A stretch of DNA of 64,000 nt from TPA_inf: Saccharomyces (Eukaryota), in assembly GCA_000146045.2 (NCBI GenBank), contig BK006935.2, forward strand, positions 96,001-160,000, given 5' to 3'. Below, piece after piece: positions 1-12,876 of this stretch (its first letter is position 1; every line of letters starts with the position of its first letter). The notes beneath the pieces were generated by a model that was given only the letters and a program-made list of their open reading frames with translations, had not been told where the DNA came from and ran no database searches. The translations under genes and the position numbers were made by a program.

Positions 1-3000
1 CTGGTTCATACATTCTTTTATAGTACTTCCATAGAAAATCTCTTACCAGTGCAAAAATTGGTAAAACGATCAAAGTTAACCAAAATACACCGGATCCATA
101 CGTGTGTTTAACCACACCATAATACTCTCTTGAGATGTTAGCATGAGGAAATATAGAAGCATAAATTGGGAAGAATATTAACCAAAATAAGAGGGAACCA
201 GGAATGGCAATTAAGGTGAATTTCGTCCATTGATTAGTTACCAAAGCAGCCTTTCCCAAAACAATAATGACACTTGTAGTGTAGACAGTTACACCCCAAG
301 ACCAATGATCAGCTAGTTCGCCGTGCATATTTAAGGCAAACCCATATCTGTAAATCAATATGGTGCCAATAAATACTATTGCAGAATGGAAAAAGCCATT
401 AATAATCCATCCCCAGAAGATGTAAACAGAGAAAAATTGACCCTTCTGTCCTAATTTGTACAATTGTGGGTACCGCTCAAGTAATCTACTACTAACAAAT
501 TGATCAAATACACCAATGACAAAAGGGGGCCAAACAGTGAAGAATAAGTTGTAGAAACTCATTGTCCATGATTCCATAATGGATTGACCTGAAAAGGCAT
601 TGGCAAAAACGTACCAAAACTGCGTCATGTATAATGCTGTATTCTTGTAAAAAGAGTACAAAATTGCGACAGAAATTCTTTGATAAGACCAGGAGCCATG
701 GACAAGTAATAGTTTTTTTAAAAATTTAAATTGGCCAACAGCTATATCAGCTGAACGAGCCGCTTGCATACCTTCCATACCACTAATACCGACACCAACA
801 TGAGCTGCCTGTATCATACTAACATCGTTGGCACCATCGCCAATGGCTAGCAGTAGTGAAGACGACTTTCTTTTTACCATTTTAACAACCAAGGCTTTCT
901 GTAGTGGAGATACACGGCAACATATAACCGCTTTACAAAGCTTCGCCACAGTTAGCAAATAATCTTCTAATTCTGGTTCCAAGGCAAAGCCTAATGACTT
1001 CCCATCAATGACGAGCGCTAAGGTATTCATATCATGTGTTGACAATTGATGCTCGTTTAGAGCGTTAATCTTCTCTAACAAATTTCTCTCAGTATCATCT
1101 CTGGTTTCCTCGTTGATGATCAACAAATTCATGTCTTCACTCAATAAACGGCAACTCATACCAATGTTAATAGCAGTTTCCTGTCTGTCACCAGTTAAAA
1201 CCCAAATTTTAATACCCGCTTCTTGTAATGTGTGGATAGTTTCTGGAACACCGTCCTGTAACTTATCTTCAATAGCAGTTGCACCAATTAATATTAGATT
1301 TTTCTCGATTAGATTTGCGGCTTCGTCTAGCTTCTCGGCTCTGTTATCTAATGTTGTGGCAGCCTCATTATAAATGCTATTCCATTCTTCATATTCTCCT
1401 TCAGAGATATCTCTCATCGCCAAACACAACGTCCGCAAACCCTCAGATGCATAATCTTCTAAATGTCTCATTGTAGCTTCTACATATTGATTAGCTTCAT
1501 CATCCAATCTTTCCAGAATGACAGTATCAGCACCTTTACAGAATAACTTTATCGAACCATCCGGAAATCTAAATATAGCGCTCATTCTCTTCCTGGTGGA
1601 ATTAAATTCACAAATGTTAAGTAGTTGATACTCTTTTTCCTCGCCAGTTTCCTCCAATAAAACAGTTACAGAGTTTGGTTTACGGATGATAAACTTATAC
1701 CCTAAATCTGCACCACCTTGAACGAGGGCACCTTCATCTGGAGAGGCTGCTTGATATTTAATAGATCCATCGCTTTGAAATTCTGGAATGACAGTATGAC
1801 AGGTAGCCAGTAATGTTAAGAAGTCATTGATAATAGGTGAATCCTCATCAGAGGGATCATTTAACTTTTTCTTCAAATCGTCAAATTTTCTATAACCAAC
1901 TTCAATCCCATCTTCAACAGTGGCCGTTTTATCTTCAGGTATTTTATCAATATAGCAATGGCCTGCAATAGAGCAGGATTTAAATTCCATAATATTTCTT
2001 GTTAAAGTTCCTGTCTTGTCACTGAATATATATTCTATTTGACCAAGTTCTTCAACCAAAGAGGATGTACGAACCACAGTTGGGGTATCAGTTTTTTCGT
2101 AGTACAAATCTAGATCTGAACCTATCATAAAAGCCTGATAATATTTGATTAATTCAACGGTGACAAATAGAGAAATAGGAACTAGATTCGAAAATAGAAT
2201 CCAAAATGTTAAAAAGTCTTTGAAGAATAAGCCAGCCTTGTTGGTACCCTCCAGGTAAAGGTACGATAAATGTTTGGCATCTGCAGTAGACATAATAACA
2301 TTACCAATTGAAGAAATTAAAATTAGCACGATTAAAACTGTGAACAATGCAATAATCTGTCTGTTGATAATTTTCTCAACCGCGGTTCTTTTAATTGGGG
2401 TTGCAGTAGCATTACGCAATAACTTAGTTTCATGACCAGTGAAGATAACTAAACCAAATATCCATGCAGTATTTCTTAAAGTTGCACCTCTTAAAATCAT
2501 TTGGTCAGGAGATAACGGTATTTGACGATCATTTAAAGTCATTGTACCTTCATAAGTATACAAGCTAGAGTTCGGCTGTTCGGAAACAACTTTTCCGTTC
2601 ATGTTCTTCAAAGTTTTAACGTCTATAAATTTGGCAGTTTCTACTCTCGACTGTTTGATTTTCAAATTTGTTTCACCATCCAAGTTGGCAGTTTCAATGT
2701 AGCAAAGACCCTCCGGTTCCGAAGATGACAAAATTATGGTATCAGCAGGAATAGGTTCCTCTGATTTTACTCTAATTATGTCACCTACACGAATATCAAT
2801 CCATCGTTTCTCAACAAAGTCATCATGTGCTTCTGAAAATATTTCTGCTGTCGAATTATTTAATTCTTTATCAGAATTAGCTCTCTTGATATCTTCGATA
2901 CATTCCTTCATGGCAGAAACAATCAAAACCACTAATAAAGTACCAATTGTGGTGTATCTATTAGTTGGCGAGACGTGAGGCACCTGTTGAATGGCAGATG

Positions 3001-3697
3001 TACATAAAAAAAACAGATTAGCGTATTTGGAAAATTCTTGGAACAAAAATTTAGGCAGAAAGGTCGCAAAATTATACTTGGTGGTAGATATATGGTTGTC
3101 ACTATAACCGAAGGAGGAATTAGCGAGAGAATCGTTGATGTGGATGACTCTTGGTTCACCATTGCCCTCTGCGTCGCCAACGTTCTTTCTTAAAATGTAC
3201 CGGTTGAAAAGAATTTTAATGTTGAACTTATTCCTCGAGTCTAGATAATTATCGTCTAATTCGTTATTAGTCACCGCATTGTAATGATTCATTTCGAAAC
3301 TTTCGGGCCCTTTCTTCCGTTTGAACGTAAAGGCATTTTTGAGACCATTACCAAACCTAGCAAATAAACCGGGAGGCTTGACTGCTCGTAGGGATTGTGG
3401 TTGATATGCATCTGAGTCGAATCTATTGGCATTCCAAGACGTTTGGTCGTCATGGTTATTGCTCATAAATAGATTTTCATGGACATCATTTTCAATGTTA
3501 TCATCATCAGCGTCTAAGTCGATAGTCTCTTCGGGAAGTACATGACTTGGTGGTATATAATTCGCGTTCGCATGTGAGTTGGTGACCTTTGAACGGGATC
3601 CAGAATGAGAAGTCGTGTCGTCTAAGAAGTCAATATCGAAAAGCGTGTCGTCCTCCCCAGGTTTCCTCTTTGGGGGGGTTTCTCTGTCGTCATTCAT
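1..3697 (-). CDS. DRS2: Aminophospholipid flippase (P4-type ATPase), 5' portion; the C-terminal ~124 codons lie left of the window
   Basis: Minus-strand frame open from the window edge to the ATG at 3695-3697 (MNDDRETPPKRKPGEDDTLF...). Contains the P-type ATPase motifs DKTGTLT and GDGAND. Partial because it runs off the window start. Confidence 0.93.
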   Translation of the reverse strand, partial: MNDDRETPPKRKPGEDDTLFDIDFLDDTTSHSGSRSKVTNSHANANYIPPSHVLPEETIDLDADDDNIENDVHENLFMSNNHDDQTSWNANRFDSDAYQPQSLRAVKPPGLFARFGNGLKNAFTFKRKKGPESFEMNHYNAVTNNELDDNYLDSRNKFNIKILFNRYILRKNVGDAEGNGEPRVIHINDSLANSSFGYSDNHISTTKYNFATFLPKFLFQEFSKYANLFFLCTSAIQQVPHVSPTNRYTTIGTLLVVLIVSAMKECIEDIKRANSDKELNNSTAEIFSEAHDDFVEKRWIDIRVGDIIRVKSEEPIPADTIILSSSEPEGLCYIETANLDGETNLKIKQSRVETAKFIDVKTLKNMNGKVVSEQPNSSLYTYEGTMTLNDRQIPLSPDQMILRGATLRNTAWIFGLVIFTGHETKLLRNATATPIKRTAVEKIINRQIIALFTVLIVLILISSIGNVIMSTADAKHLSYLYLEGTNKAGLFFKDFLTFWILFSNLVPISLFVTVELIKYYQAFMIGSDLDLYYEKTDTPTVVRTSSLVEELGQIEYIFSDKTGTLTRNIMEFKSCSIAGHCYIDKIPEDKTATVEDGIEVGYRKFDDLKKKLNDPSDEDSPIINDFLTLLATCHTVIPEFQSDGSIKYQAASPDEGALVQGGADLGYKFIIRKPNSVTVLLEETGEEKEYQLLNICEFNSTRKRMSAIFRFPDGSIKLFCKGADTVILERLDDEANQYVEATMRHLEDYASEGLRTLCLAMRDISEGEYEEWNSIYNEAATTLDNRAEKLDEAANLIEKNLILIGATAIEDKLQDGVPETIHTLQEAGIKIWVLTGDRQETAINIGMSCRLLSEDMNLLIINEETRDDTERNLLEKINALNEHQLSTHDMNTLALVIDGKSLGFALEPELEDYLLTVAKLCKAVICCRVSPLQKALVVKMVKRKSSSLLLAIGDGANDVSMIQAAHVGVGISGMEGMQAARSADIAVGQFKFLKKLLLVHGSWSYQRISVAILYSFYKNTALYMTQFWYVFANAFSGQSIMESWTMSFYNLFFTVWPPFVIGVFDQFVSSRLLERYPQLYKLGQKGQFFSVYIFWGWIINGFFHSAIVFIGTILIYRYGFALNMHGELADHWSWGVTVYTTSVIIVLGKAALVTNQWTKFTLIAIPGSLLFWLIFFPIYASIFPHANISREYYGVVKHTYGSGVFWLTLIVLPIFALVRDFLWKYYKRMYEP

Positions 3698-3875
3698 GGT
3701 AAAATCAGGGAATGAAAGAACCTACCAGTAAATTATTGCTTGGCGCTAACCTCTATTTGGCGTTACTGGCTTCTTGTTGCACTATTCCCCTTAGAATTGC
3801 CAACAATTGTTGATTATATGTTTCTTCAACTTAGTGGCATTAAACAGATTTGGGTTTTCTGGCAAAAAAAGCCAA

Positions 3876-3883
3876 TCACGTGA
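3876..3883. promoter_or_regulatory. Cbf1-type TCACGTGA palindrome (preceded by CCAAT) about 180 bp upstream of the DRS2 ATG
   Basis: Read directly. Function here not known to me. Confidence 0.4.
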
Positions 3884-4224
3884 TCAGGAAGATTTCAGTG
3901 ATTTACGCTTCAAATAACCTTTACCTCAATAATCCCGTAATAGTAAGCTTCTAATAGTAAGCTTCTAATTTGCAATGTTATTAGCCCAACAGCTACTAAA
4001 GGTATTATTTTTTTTTTTTTTGATAAGAAATTTAAGTGTTACAGAATGGGCCATCTTACAAAAATAATAGTCTTTATGTATTTTTATATATGTAAAAGAA
4101 TTGAAATATTTTATAACTGGTTGTTATTATGGTACAGTGCGCTGCCCAATCCACGTGGAAAAATCCTGTTCATTCAATAATAGAAACTGAAATCATGTAA
4201 TGTTGCGTAGTATAGTGCGTGAGC

Positions 4225-5172
<948 letters not shown>

Positions 5173-5281
5173 TTATGTACTGAAGAGAACACTGTCAAAA
5201 GAAAGAACTAAGCAATGCAATATCTGCCTCTATACCAATCACTTTTTCATTTTTTTTCAAAAGCTCATCGGAAAATTTTTC

Positions 5282-5305
5282 AAAAAAAAAAAAAAAAAAA
5301 AAAAA
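5282..5305. repeat. A24 homopolymer (poly dA:dT) in the MAK16 upstream / LTE1 downstream region
   Basis: Read directly. Likely a nucleosome-excluding promoter tract. Confidence 0.95.
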
Positions 5306-5564
5306 GGTTTATTACCCTACTGCATTTTGATAATCTGAACATAATGAGCTAATGAAAGCAATTCTCATTTAAAAACAAGTATTCTCTCTTATTGAAGTAT
5401 GCATTATCTATCATTATAAATTCTTTTATTCTGTTCGAGTCCATGTTTTTAAAAAAAAAAAAACATGTATGTATGCTCCATCTATATATGCTCCATCTGT
5501 ATATTTTATATGCAAAGTTTTTTACAAGAGGAATTTGGGAACTGGAGGAAAGTGGCACAATACC

Positions 5565-8500
5565 TCATGTGGATAGTTCATTAATCTCTTCTTGTGTTAA
5601 TGTGCTAATATAAACACACTTACTCAGCAATTCGTGGTTAACTTTGAAAGTGTAAAACTTGGACCATTGAACCCTTTGAATGAAATTCTTGACTATTTGA
5701 ACGTTCGTATCGAATTTATTGTAATTCACTACTTTATCTTCTAAGATCCAGTCTTTCTTCTCTGCGTTTGCTGATAGGTCCGAAAGATATACGACGATGA
5801 AAGGGACGCAACCCACCAGTGGATTCACAGAGTTAAGTAGATTTCTTATTGTAGAATAATTCCTGTCTAGCGAGGGAATCTTCTTTAGCTCTTCCCAAGT
5901 CAGTAAGTCGCCTGGTTCAATCAGACGCCATGCATCAGTGAATTTTTGAACAACTGAAGAACTTAAGGCTAGAATGATTTCCATCAATGTGTTAAAGTTC
6001 TGAAATGTCCTGCAGTGGTCTGCAACGTGTATAAACCTTTGAATGACATTTCTTTTCATTTTGCTGCTCTTGGTAAGAAGTATTTCTGATATAATCCAAT
6101 CCACAGTTAAGTTAAATCTGGATATAGCTAAATCAATGCCAGATAAGGTCTCGTTCCTTACTAGTAGTTGCAACCAACTTATAACTTGTGGGCCTTCATG
6201 CTTCATCTTTAAATCTAATAAATCTTTCCAGTCTATTTCTCCTAAAATTTCCTTCTCTATCAAGGTCATTTGTTGCGCTACAGACAGGGAATCGTACATT
6301 AGTATAAATGGAACGTGACTTTCATTATTAGAAATCATTAATCTCGAATCGTGAATCCTGTATTGACCGATTAATTCCTGGATTTGCGCCGCTTGCACAG
6401 CAACATCAACATTAGCTGACACGTCTATTTTTTCAGGAGAGGAGGAAGTAAAGCCTTCCTTCTCGGATTGATCTGGAGTAAAGGGGATATTCATTATAGT
6501 TTGTCTCCTTCTTTCTATTAATAACGATTTTCTTTTTTCTGCGGGGCTATTTTGGAATGACGGCAAGTTGTTAAGGTTTAGCATTTCCACTTCATCTGCT
6601 AACTTGCTCGTTTTAATTCCAATAGCGTCACTACTCTTGGTGTTCTCTGGTTTTTCGGGAATTTTCTCGTATGTACCTTCCAGTTTCATTAATGCCACGG
6701 TTATTGGATCGTCATTAATTGAATCATCGAGCATATTAGCAATTTCATTTAAATTTTTCTTATTCAAGGAGCCTGTAAAAGCCGACTCAGAGTTTGCTCT
6801 CCGTGTGTTCCGGGCACTAGATGTGTCATTAATGTCGATATCGTCCATTGTCAATACACTTCCTGATATGTTACTATTAGTTTCACTCTCGTTCTTCAGA
6901 AATTTACTTTTCAGCTCTTCAACGTTTTTCATTGGAGAAGCAACGTCAATGCTACCGTCATCTGGTGAAAAAAAATACTTGTTGTTTTTCGCATGGGTAC
7001 TTGGACTTTCTAGGTCATTATTGGAATCGCTTAAATCAATTGTTTTTAACTCATGCAATGAAGAAGTATTTGAGATTATATCTTGATTACCCCTTTGATA
7101 TTCTTCTCTCAAATTTATTATCCTTTGGTGTGGCACTGGTAAATCTCTGGACGTTTCGAAAGTTTCAACTGTGCTACCAGTGGTAATCGAATTCAAATCA
7201 CTTACAACAGATTCTATTGTGGGTGCTATGGATAATCTGATTCTATTGGTTTCACTCACGCTGGTCCCGTTGGGAAATTCTCTCTGTGGATTTTGAGTTT
7301 GTTTTAGAGGACTATTCTGAGCAGATTCAAAAAGCTTGCTCGTTGAGATACTGATAACGGTGGACGATGTATCAGAGTACAACGCGCTTTTTTTATTATA
7401 TTCCAGGTTGAGAGGTTCTATTTCACTTATTTCCTCTATAACTGAGTTTGACTTGTTTTGCTCAGGATCTACTATGGATAACTCTTTGGTTGGTGTTATG
7501 GCAATGCTTTGAACTCTTGAAATGCTGATCCTTCCACTAGCCGGTCTTACAACTGCTTGTTTGATCTTGTGATTGCAAGATGAATGTTTTTTTCTTGTAG
7601 TTATATCATAATTATTGGCTTCTGATGATGCATCGAGTGAGTTGTCCAGCTTTTTTGTGCTCTCATATTCTGATTCCTGATTTTCTTTGTTATCATAATT
7701 CTTTTCAAGGCCATCTATAGTACTCTTTTTCTCATCTAAAGACTTGGTATCTTCAAATGTAAACTCTCTTAGATTTAAAAATCCAGTTTTTGTTTTTAGA
7801 GTTGGACTATCTGTATTATTCACGATGTTTCTGACTTTTCTTGACTTTTTCGTTACAGTATCTCTGGGTGGAGAGCTGGATGACAACTCGGAATCGTATG
7901 AGTATGTTATTGATTCTGTGTCTTCCCTACTATCGTTTAAGGGAGACGATTCTTTAAGATCAGGTAGAACATTTTTCAGAGGCGAAGAAGTCATGCTTTT
8001 TTGGGATTGGGAATGATTTTTCCTCCTTGGTGTCATATTTGTAATCGCTTCTGAGTTGGTTTTATCAGTTTCATGGAATAACAATCTTTGAGGTCCATTC
8101 TCGTCTGTACGTGAAGAACTATTATCTTTATCAAAGAGCCTCATACTTTCTGCTGAGTAGCTACCGTGCATTTTATTGTAATATGCTGTCGTGAGACTTT
8201 TTACTTTCCTTCGTTGCAGTGCATCATACGAGGGTGATGGCTGCATATTCGATTCATTGTTCTGCAGTTGCTTGTTTAAAGTATTAGTTAAAGAGATGAC
8301 TGACTGAGCAATTGAACTTACGGTTTGATACAGATCCAAATTGTCCATAGCGCTAAAATTATCATTACTCGGTTTAAAGCTATTTTGTTGTAAAATCTTT
8401 ATATCATGTATGTGTTCCCGACGTTCACAATCAACATTAACTGTAGGACCTCGGTTGTTATTCGAATGTGTTTGAACTTTTTCTATCAGCTGGTTTTGTA

Positions 8501-9872
8501 AATGCAGTAGGGACTCCACTTCATCTATGGTTCTTGCACTTAGGATGTCAAATTTAGAAGAATCAGAGTTAAGAAACTCTTCCTCTTCTTCCTTGGAAGA
8601 TTTTCTATTGAGAGATGATATTGATACAACGTATTTGACAAACGCATCCATTTCAGGTTTCTGGTTTGCTGGTTTAATAGCACTCATAAATTTTTTATCA
8701 TTACTGCTATCATGGCGATTATGGTTTTTCATCCACTTAGCTAAAAGACCAATAGCGCTGCGATGTAACACAGACATTGAAGATGTATTAGATCTACTAT
8801 TACTGTTGCTATTGTTATCTAGAGATGATGTCGTCGATGTACCTTGAAGCGTTCCGCTTTGTTCATTTAAATCTTCAGGAATATATAAGGAATTCAGAAT
8901 AAATTCAACTTTTTTAGCCGGTGTTGGAGGCATTATTTTATCGACTGCATATGATGACGGGTAGTCTACGCCTTTCATTAGTGTGGATACTAGAGTGACT
9001 TTTGACAAGTGGCTGATCTTTTGTTTACTATCTGACATGTCCTCGCTTTCATTATCAACTGAAGGTTCTTTCGCTATTCGGTGCTTCGAGTAAACATTTG
9101 ATGTATTATCGGGAAATAAAAGCATAGAAGGGCTTCTCTGGTTTTTGGAAGAATTTGAAGACTGTAGCTTCTCCGGCAGTCTAAATACATCAGAAGTTTT
9201 ATATAATGATAAAACGCTTTGGTTACGAAAATCAGGACTGGCAAAACTTTGCCTGGCGTAAATGCTCAGTCGGCTTCCTCTTTTGTGTAGGCTTTCTAGT
9301 TGCGTGAAATCCTTTAACGAATAATGCAGCCATGCATCAAAGTCTAATTTATCAGGTTCATTTAGTTCAATATTCTCCCAAACCAACTTAGAACAATGCA
9401 CCCAGTTTTTTTTCAGATTGATTATACAGCTGGAAATTATTTTTGGGTACTGTTCAATGTGTTTGTCGTTTAGAAACTCGATCAACCGAAGTCTTAATGT
9501 TATGTTCGGTAAAAAATCTTGCACAAAATAATTCAGTATGGAATGCCTCAACAACACAAACGTCCTCACGAGGGCAACTTCACCAATTCGCCTTCTCTTA
9601 GCTTTTGCAGCATTTGTTGTGATCTCCCTAATACACCATCGAAATCTATAGATGAGTAAGTCGTGTAAGTCTTGAGGCGTTATAAAATTCCTATAAATAA
9701 GGAAAAAATCTGCAGATGCGTTGTAGTCTACACCTTCCAAAGGGGAAGAAAGGTGTACAATTAACGCGGGCAGGTCTGCACTATTCACTGGTTTGGATAC
9801 ACAATCGCTTTCATAGCTAATAACATTTGAGGATGGAGTCGGGTAGTAATCTTTCTGGCTAAATATTTCCAT
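5565..9872 (-). CDS. LTE1: Mitotic-exit-network regulator with Cdc25-like GEF domains at the N and C termini
   Basis: 1435-aa ORF with a long Ser/Asn-rich low-complexity middle and Ras-GEF-like termini. Recognised as Lte1. Confidence 0.93.
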   Translation of the reverse strand: MEIFSQKDYYPTPSSNVISYESDCVSKPVNSADLPALIVHLSSPLEGVDYNASADFFLIYRNFITPQDLHDLLIYRFRWCIREITTNAAKAKRRRIGEVALVRTFVLLRHSILNYFVQDFLPNITLRLRLIEFLNDKHIEQYPKIISSCIINLKKNWVHCSKLVWENIELNEPDKLDFDAWLHYSLKDFTQLESLHKRGSRLSIYARQSFASPDFRNQSVLSLYKTSDVFRLPEKLQSSNSSKNQRSPSMLLFPDNTSNVYSKHRIAKEPSVDNESEDMSDSKQKISHLSKVTLVSTLMKGVDYPSSYAVDKIMPPTPAKKVEFILNSLYIPEDLNEQSGTLQGTSTTSSLDNNSNSNSRSNTSSMSVLHRSAIGLLAKWMKNHNRHDSSNDKKFMSAIKPANQKPEMDAFVKYVVSISSLNRKSSKEEEEEFLNSDSSKFDILSARTIDEVESLLHLQNQLIEKVQTHSNNNRGPTVNVDCERREHIHDIKILQQNSFKPSNDNFSAMDNLDLYQTVSSIAQSVISLTNTLNKQLQNNESNMQPSPSYDALQRRKVKSLTTAYYNKMHGSYSAESMRLFDKDNSSSRTDENGPQRLLFHETDKTNSEAITNMTPRRKNHSQSQKSMTSSPLKNVLPDLKESSPLNDSREDTESITYSYDSELSSSSPPRDTVTKKSRKVRNIVNNTDSPTLKTKTGFLNLREFTFEDTKSLDEKKSTIDGLEKNYDNKENQESEYESTKKLDNSLDASSEANNYDITTRKKHSSCNHKIKQAVVRPASGRISISRVQSIAITPTKELSIVDPEQNKSNSVIEEISEIEPLNLEYNKKSALYSDTSSTVISISTSKLFESAQNSPLKQTQNPQREFPNGTSVSETNRIRLSIAPTIESVVSDLNSITTGSTVETFETSRDLPVPHQRIINLREEYQRGNQDIISNTSSLHELKTIDLSDSNNDLESPSTHAKNNKYFFSPDDGSIDVASPMKNVEELKSKFLKNESETNSNISGSVLTMDDIDINDTSSARNTRRANSESAFTGSLNKKNLNEIANMLDDSINDDPITVALMKLEGTYEKIPEKPENTKSSDAIGIKTSKLADEVEMLNLNNLPSFQNSPAEKRKSLLIERRRQTIMNIPFTPDQSEKEGFTSSSPEKIDVSANVDVAVQAAQIQELIGQYRIHDSRLMISNNESHVPFILMYDSLSVAQQMTLIEKEILGEIDWKDLLDLKMKHEGPQVISWLQLLVRNETLSGIDLAISRFNLTVDWIISEILLTKSSKMKRNVIQRFIHVADHCRTFQNFNTLMEIILALSSSVVQKFTDAWRLIEPGDLLTWEELKKIPSLDRNYSTIRNLLNSVNPLVGCVPFIVVYLSDLSANAEKKDWILEDKVVNYNKFDTNVQIVKNFIQRVQWSKFYTFKVNHELLSKCVYISTLTQEEINELST

Positions 9873-10271
9873 GGTTCAGGGTAGCGAATCTTTGAATGGC
9901 TAGAGGCTATGTAAAGCAAACAAAAAGGTTCGCGTAAATCAACGAGCGAATAACACGAGTACGGTTGGGGTGGGCTAAAGGGTTCAAGAAATTATCAGTT
10001 TCTGTTTACAGTTTTTTTTTCATTGTTGATAAAAAGATCAAGAATTTCATTATTCGCGAAAATCAAAATGCAGAAAGGAAAAAATAGAAGGGTAATAAAA
10101 CAGCATCGGATCGCAAAGATGAGTAAGGAGAACAGCCTGGTTAACAATTAAAGAGTGTTTATCGAAATTCATTATATAGTGGTTTATATAGACCACTTCT
10201 TCTGCTGGTTGATATAGAAATTTTATTTAATTCTTGTTTTTTACTTATGTACTTACTACGATGATCTTAAT

Positions 10272-12551
10272 TCATGCTTCTTGCTTGTCGGCAATGTCCC
10301 AAGTGGAAAACCAGTTTAAGTAGCGGAAGTTACTACTTGGTCCCTCCATACCAAATGATATTGGGGAGAAGTACCAGAAGCAACCAATTACAAGTGCCAT
10401 GAATCCGGCGTATAGGACGAACCGCATGATACGGCCGCACTTAGATCTGGACCATTTTTGCAAACCGGCGTCGAAACAGTACGCCAAAATGATCAGTGCA
10501 AAATACAAGGCAGGCAAGTAATGATGAACGTAGGTGACTCTAGACATGATAACGAATGGCATGTAGTGTAGGCCCCAAGCTAGTAGTGGGTAGAACCCGC
10601 CCATTAAGAAAACGTTCCAGTTAGATGGATTTCTTAGGTCCACATATTGTCTTTGCCATCTGATCAGTAAGATAACGACCGTGGCCATGAATGCGAGGAC
10701 GGCAACACTAGAAGCCCACGTGGAAGCTGGGGTACCCAATAGGAAGTATTTTGGATTATCATCACCCCAGCCACATAGTCTCAAACCCACATTCAAAGTT
10801 GGCCATTGCCATGCTGAGGAAGCTAAGTAATCAAATTTGTCTGGATCTGGCACCAAAGCGTTATTAGTGGCCATCATGGCTAGATTTAAATGAATGAAGT
10901 CTTTTAAGAAGTTGGTCTTTGGGTATTGAAAATCTTCGGGTCTTGGTGGCAACCTTTCATTTTCGTGGGTCTCGATGTTCCACCAGGTCCTCTTGTCCCT
11001 CTTGAATGGGTTTTTCATGCAGACAACCTCTTGTTGTCTGAAACCCCATTCGGGCAAACTGTTACCGGTTTGAGCCAAGTAACAGCCCATCTCCAAGTTC
11101 TTGATACGGAAAGAGGTGGTCAATGTGTGCAACTTCTCAGGGTCTTCATCTCCTCTTTGGTCCATGATCTCAATAACCCAATTGTCTTTGTTGTCACCAA
11201 CAACATTGTCACCGTAACCAGAAACCTCCCATTGTGTCTTTGACACTGGTGCAGCAACTGGGTGGGTGTGCAAGTTTCTGCCCGTGCTTTTGTGTACCAA
11301 TCTATAGGAGGTACCTGGCTTCAAATACTCGATGTCAGTTTCGTTTTCTGACCATGATGGTAAGCCTCTTTCTCTGTTGAAAAACCATTCGTTGTTAGCA
11401 TCTTTGTAACCATAACAGGTTACTTGTTGTTGGTTGGACCCATCTGGATAAGTTTGTATATGTGAGTGCAATAGAGATCCTCCAAGAGCTTGGTTTTTGA
11501 TGGAAACAACGGAGGAACCTAGAGCAATGTCACGGGGGCCTTGTCCGACGTCAGAACCCACTAATCTTGCTTGGAAAAGAGATGGCATGTTAGCATCACC
11601 TGTACCAGAATGCGATAATAGGTCAAAATGTATTTTGAAGCACAATAGGAAAATGCAGAAGGGGACGATAATAAGACCAAATATTCTTGCCAACCAGTGG
11701 TTAATATAGGTTTTCCATGACATGGATTTATCTGCCAAAAAGGTCCATAAGTCAATCACAGTATAGATACCGACCATAGTGATGATAAATAGACCCACCA
11801 TTTTGACGGAAATAGTGCAACCCAAAGAAATACCAGTGATCAACAGCCATTTCCACCACTTTCTAGAGAACGGCTTGGACCTCTGGTTGTGGAACATAAC
11901 AAAACTAAAGAACGATGCGACAGTGAAGAAAAGTAGCATGGAGTCCAAAAGAATGAACCTGCCCAAAGTACTATACGAGTTTTCAAACAAAACCAACACG
12001 GTCATCAGCCAAACTGTTGGTAAAGAAAATCCAATAGCTTTGGCAGTGAAGTAGGCCAATGGCACACAGAGCGCGGAAAATGACGCGTTGAACAGTCTCA
12101 TTTTAACATAATCCAAATAGTCTGGGTAAATTTCCCCAGAAGGGAAGTCCCAAGAACCGTTGTAGCCTGCCAAATAACCAGACAACCCGACCAGCATTTT
12201 TCCTAGGGGAGGATGGACATCGTGGTAAAATTCGTGTCTCAAGTAATAAGAACCAAATTTACCAAAGTGCGCCTCATCCCAAACAACATGGTTGTTGATG
12301 CCGATTTTGTACATCCTGGTAAACAACGCCAATGCAGTAAAGATCACCGGCATTACAACGGATTCCAGGCGTAACAGTGAGCTTTGTGCAGCGGGCTTTT
12401 CCTTCGAGAAATCTTCCGCGTCTCTCTCATCAGCGCTCGAAAGTTCCTCACTGACGCTGATGGAAGACGATTCTCTTTGTCTCAGTGTATTCTCTTGCTT
12501 AATGTGGGCGGCATTGTTTTTGCTGTACCCGGTAGACGAAGACGAGGACAT
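10272..12551 (-). CDS. PMT2: Dolichyl-phosphate-mannose protein O-mannosyltransferase
   Basis: Track ORF spans 10272..12659 (795 aa). The known protein is 759 aa and starts [19 protein letters not shown], so I trimmed 36 upstream in-frame codons. Multi-pass transmembrane PMT family. Confidence 0.9.
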
Positions 12552-12876
12552 GATTGCTGGACCACGGTTCGAAACAGAATGACAGTAGCGATGTGGACTA
12601 AGCCGGTTCTCCTTGGTAATGTTGTTAGTCTCGAGAAATGACCTTTTTTTTACCCTCAAAAAGAATGCAACACTATTAATAAACAGTACACGAAACGGAT
12701 CTTTCCGTAAGTTCTTTCGTTCTTTTTTTTCGTATTCTTTTCTTATGTTTTTTTTTTTCAGGGCGACGTGTCCAATAATATGTATGTTTGTCGCTATGTA
12801 CGAGATATTATTGCTAAGTGACAGTAAATCGTATCACGACTGTAAATGATGGCGTTTCGGTATGTACAGTATCTAT

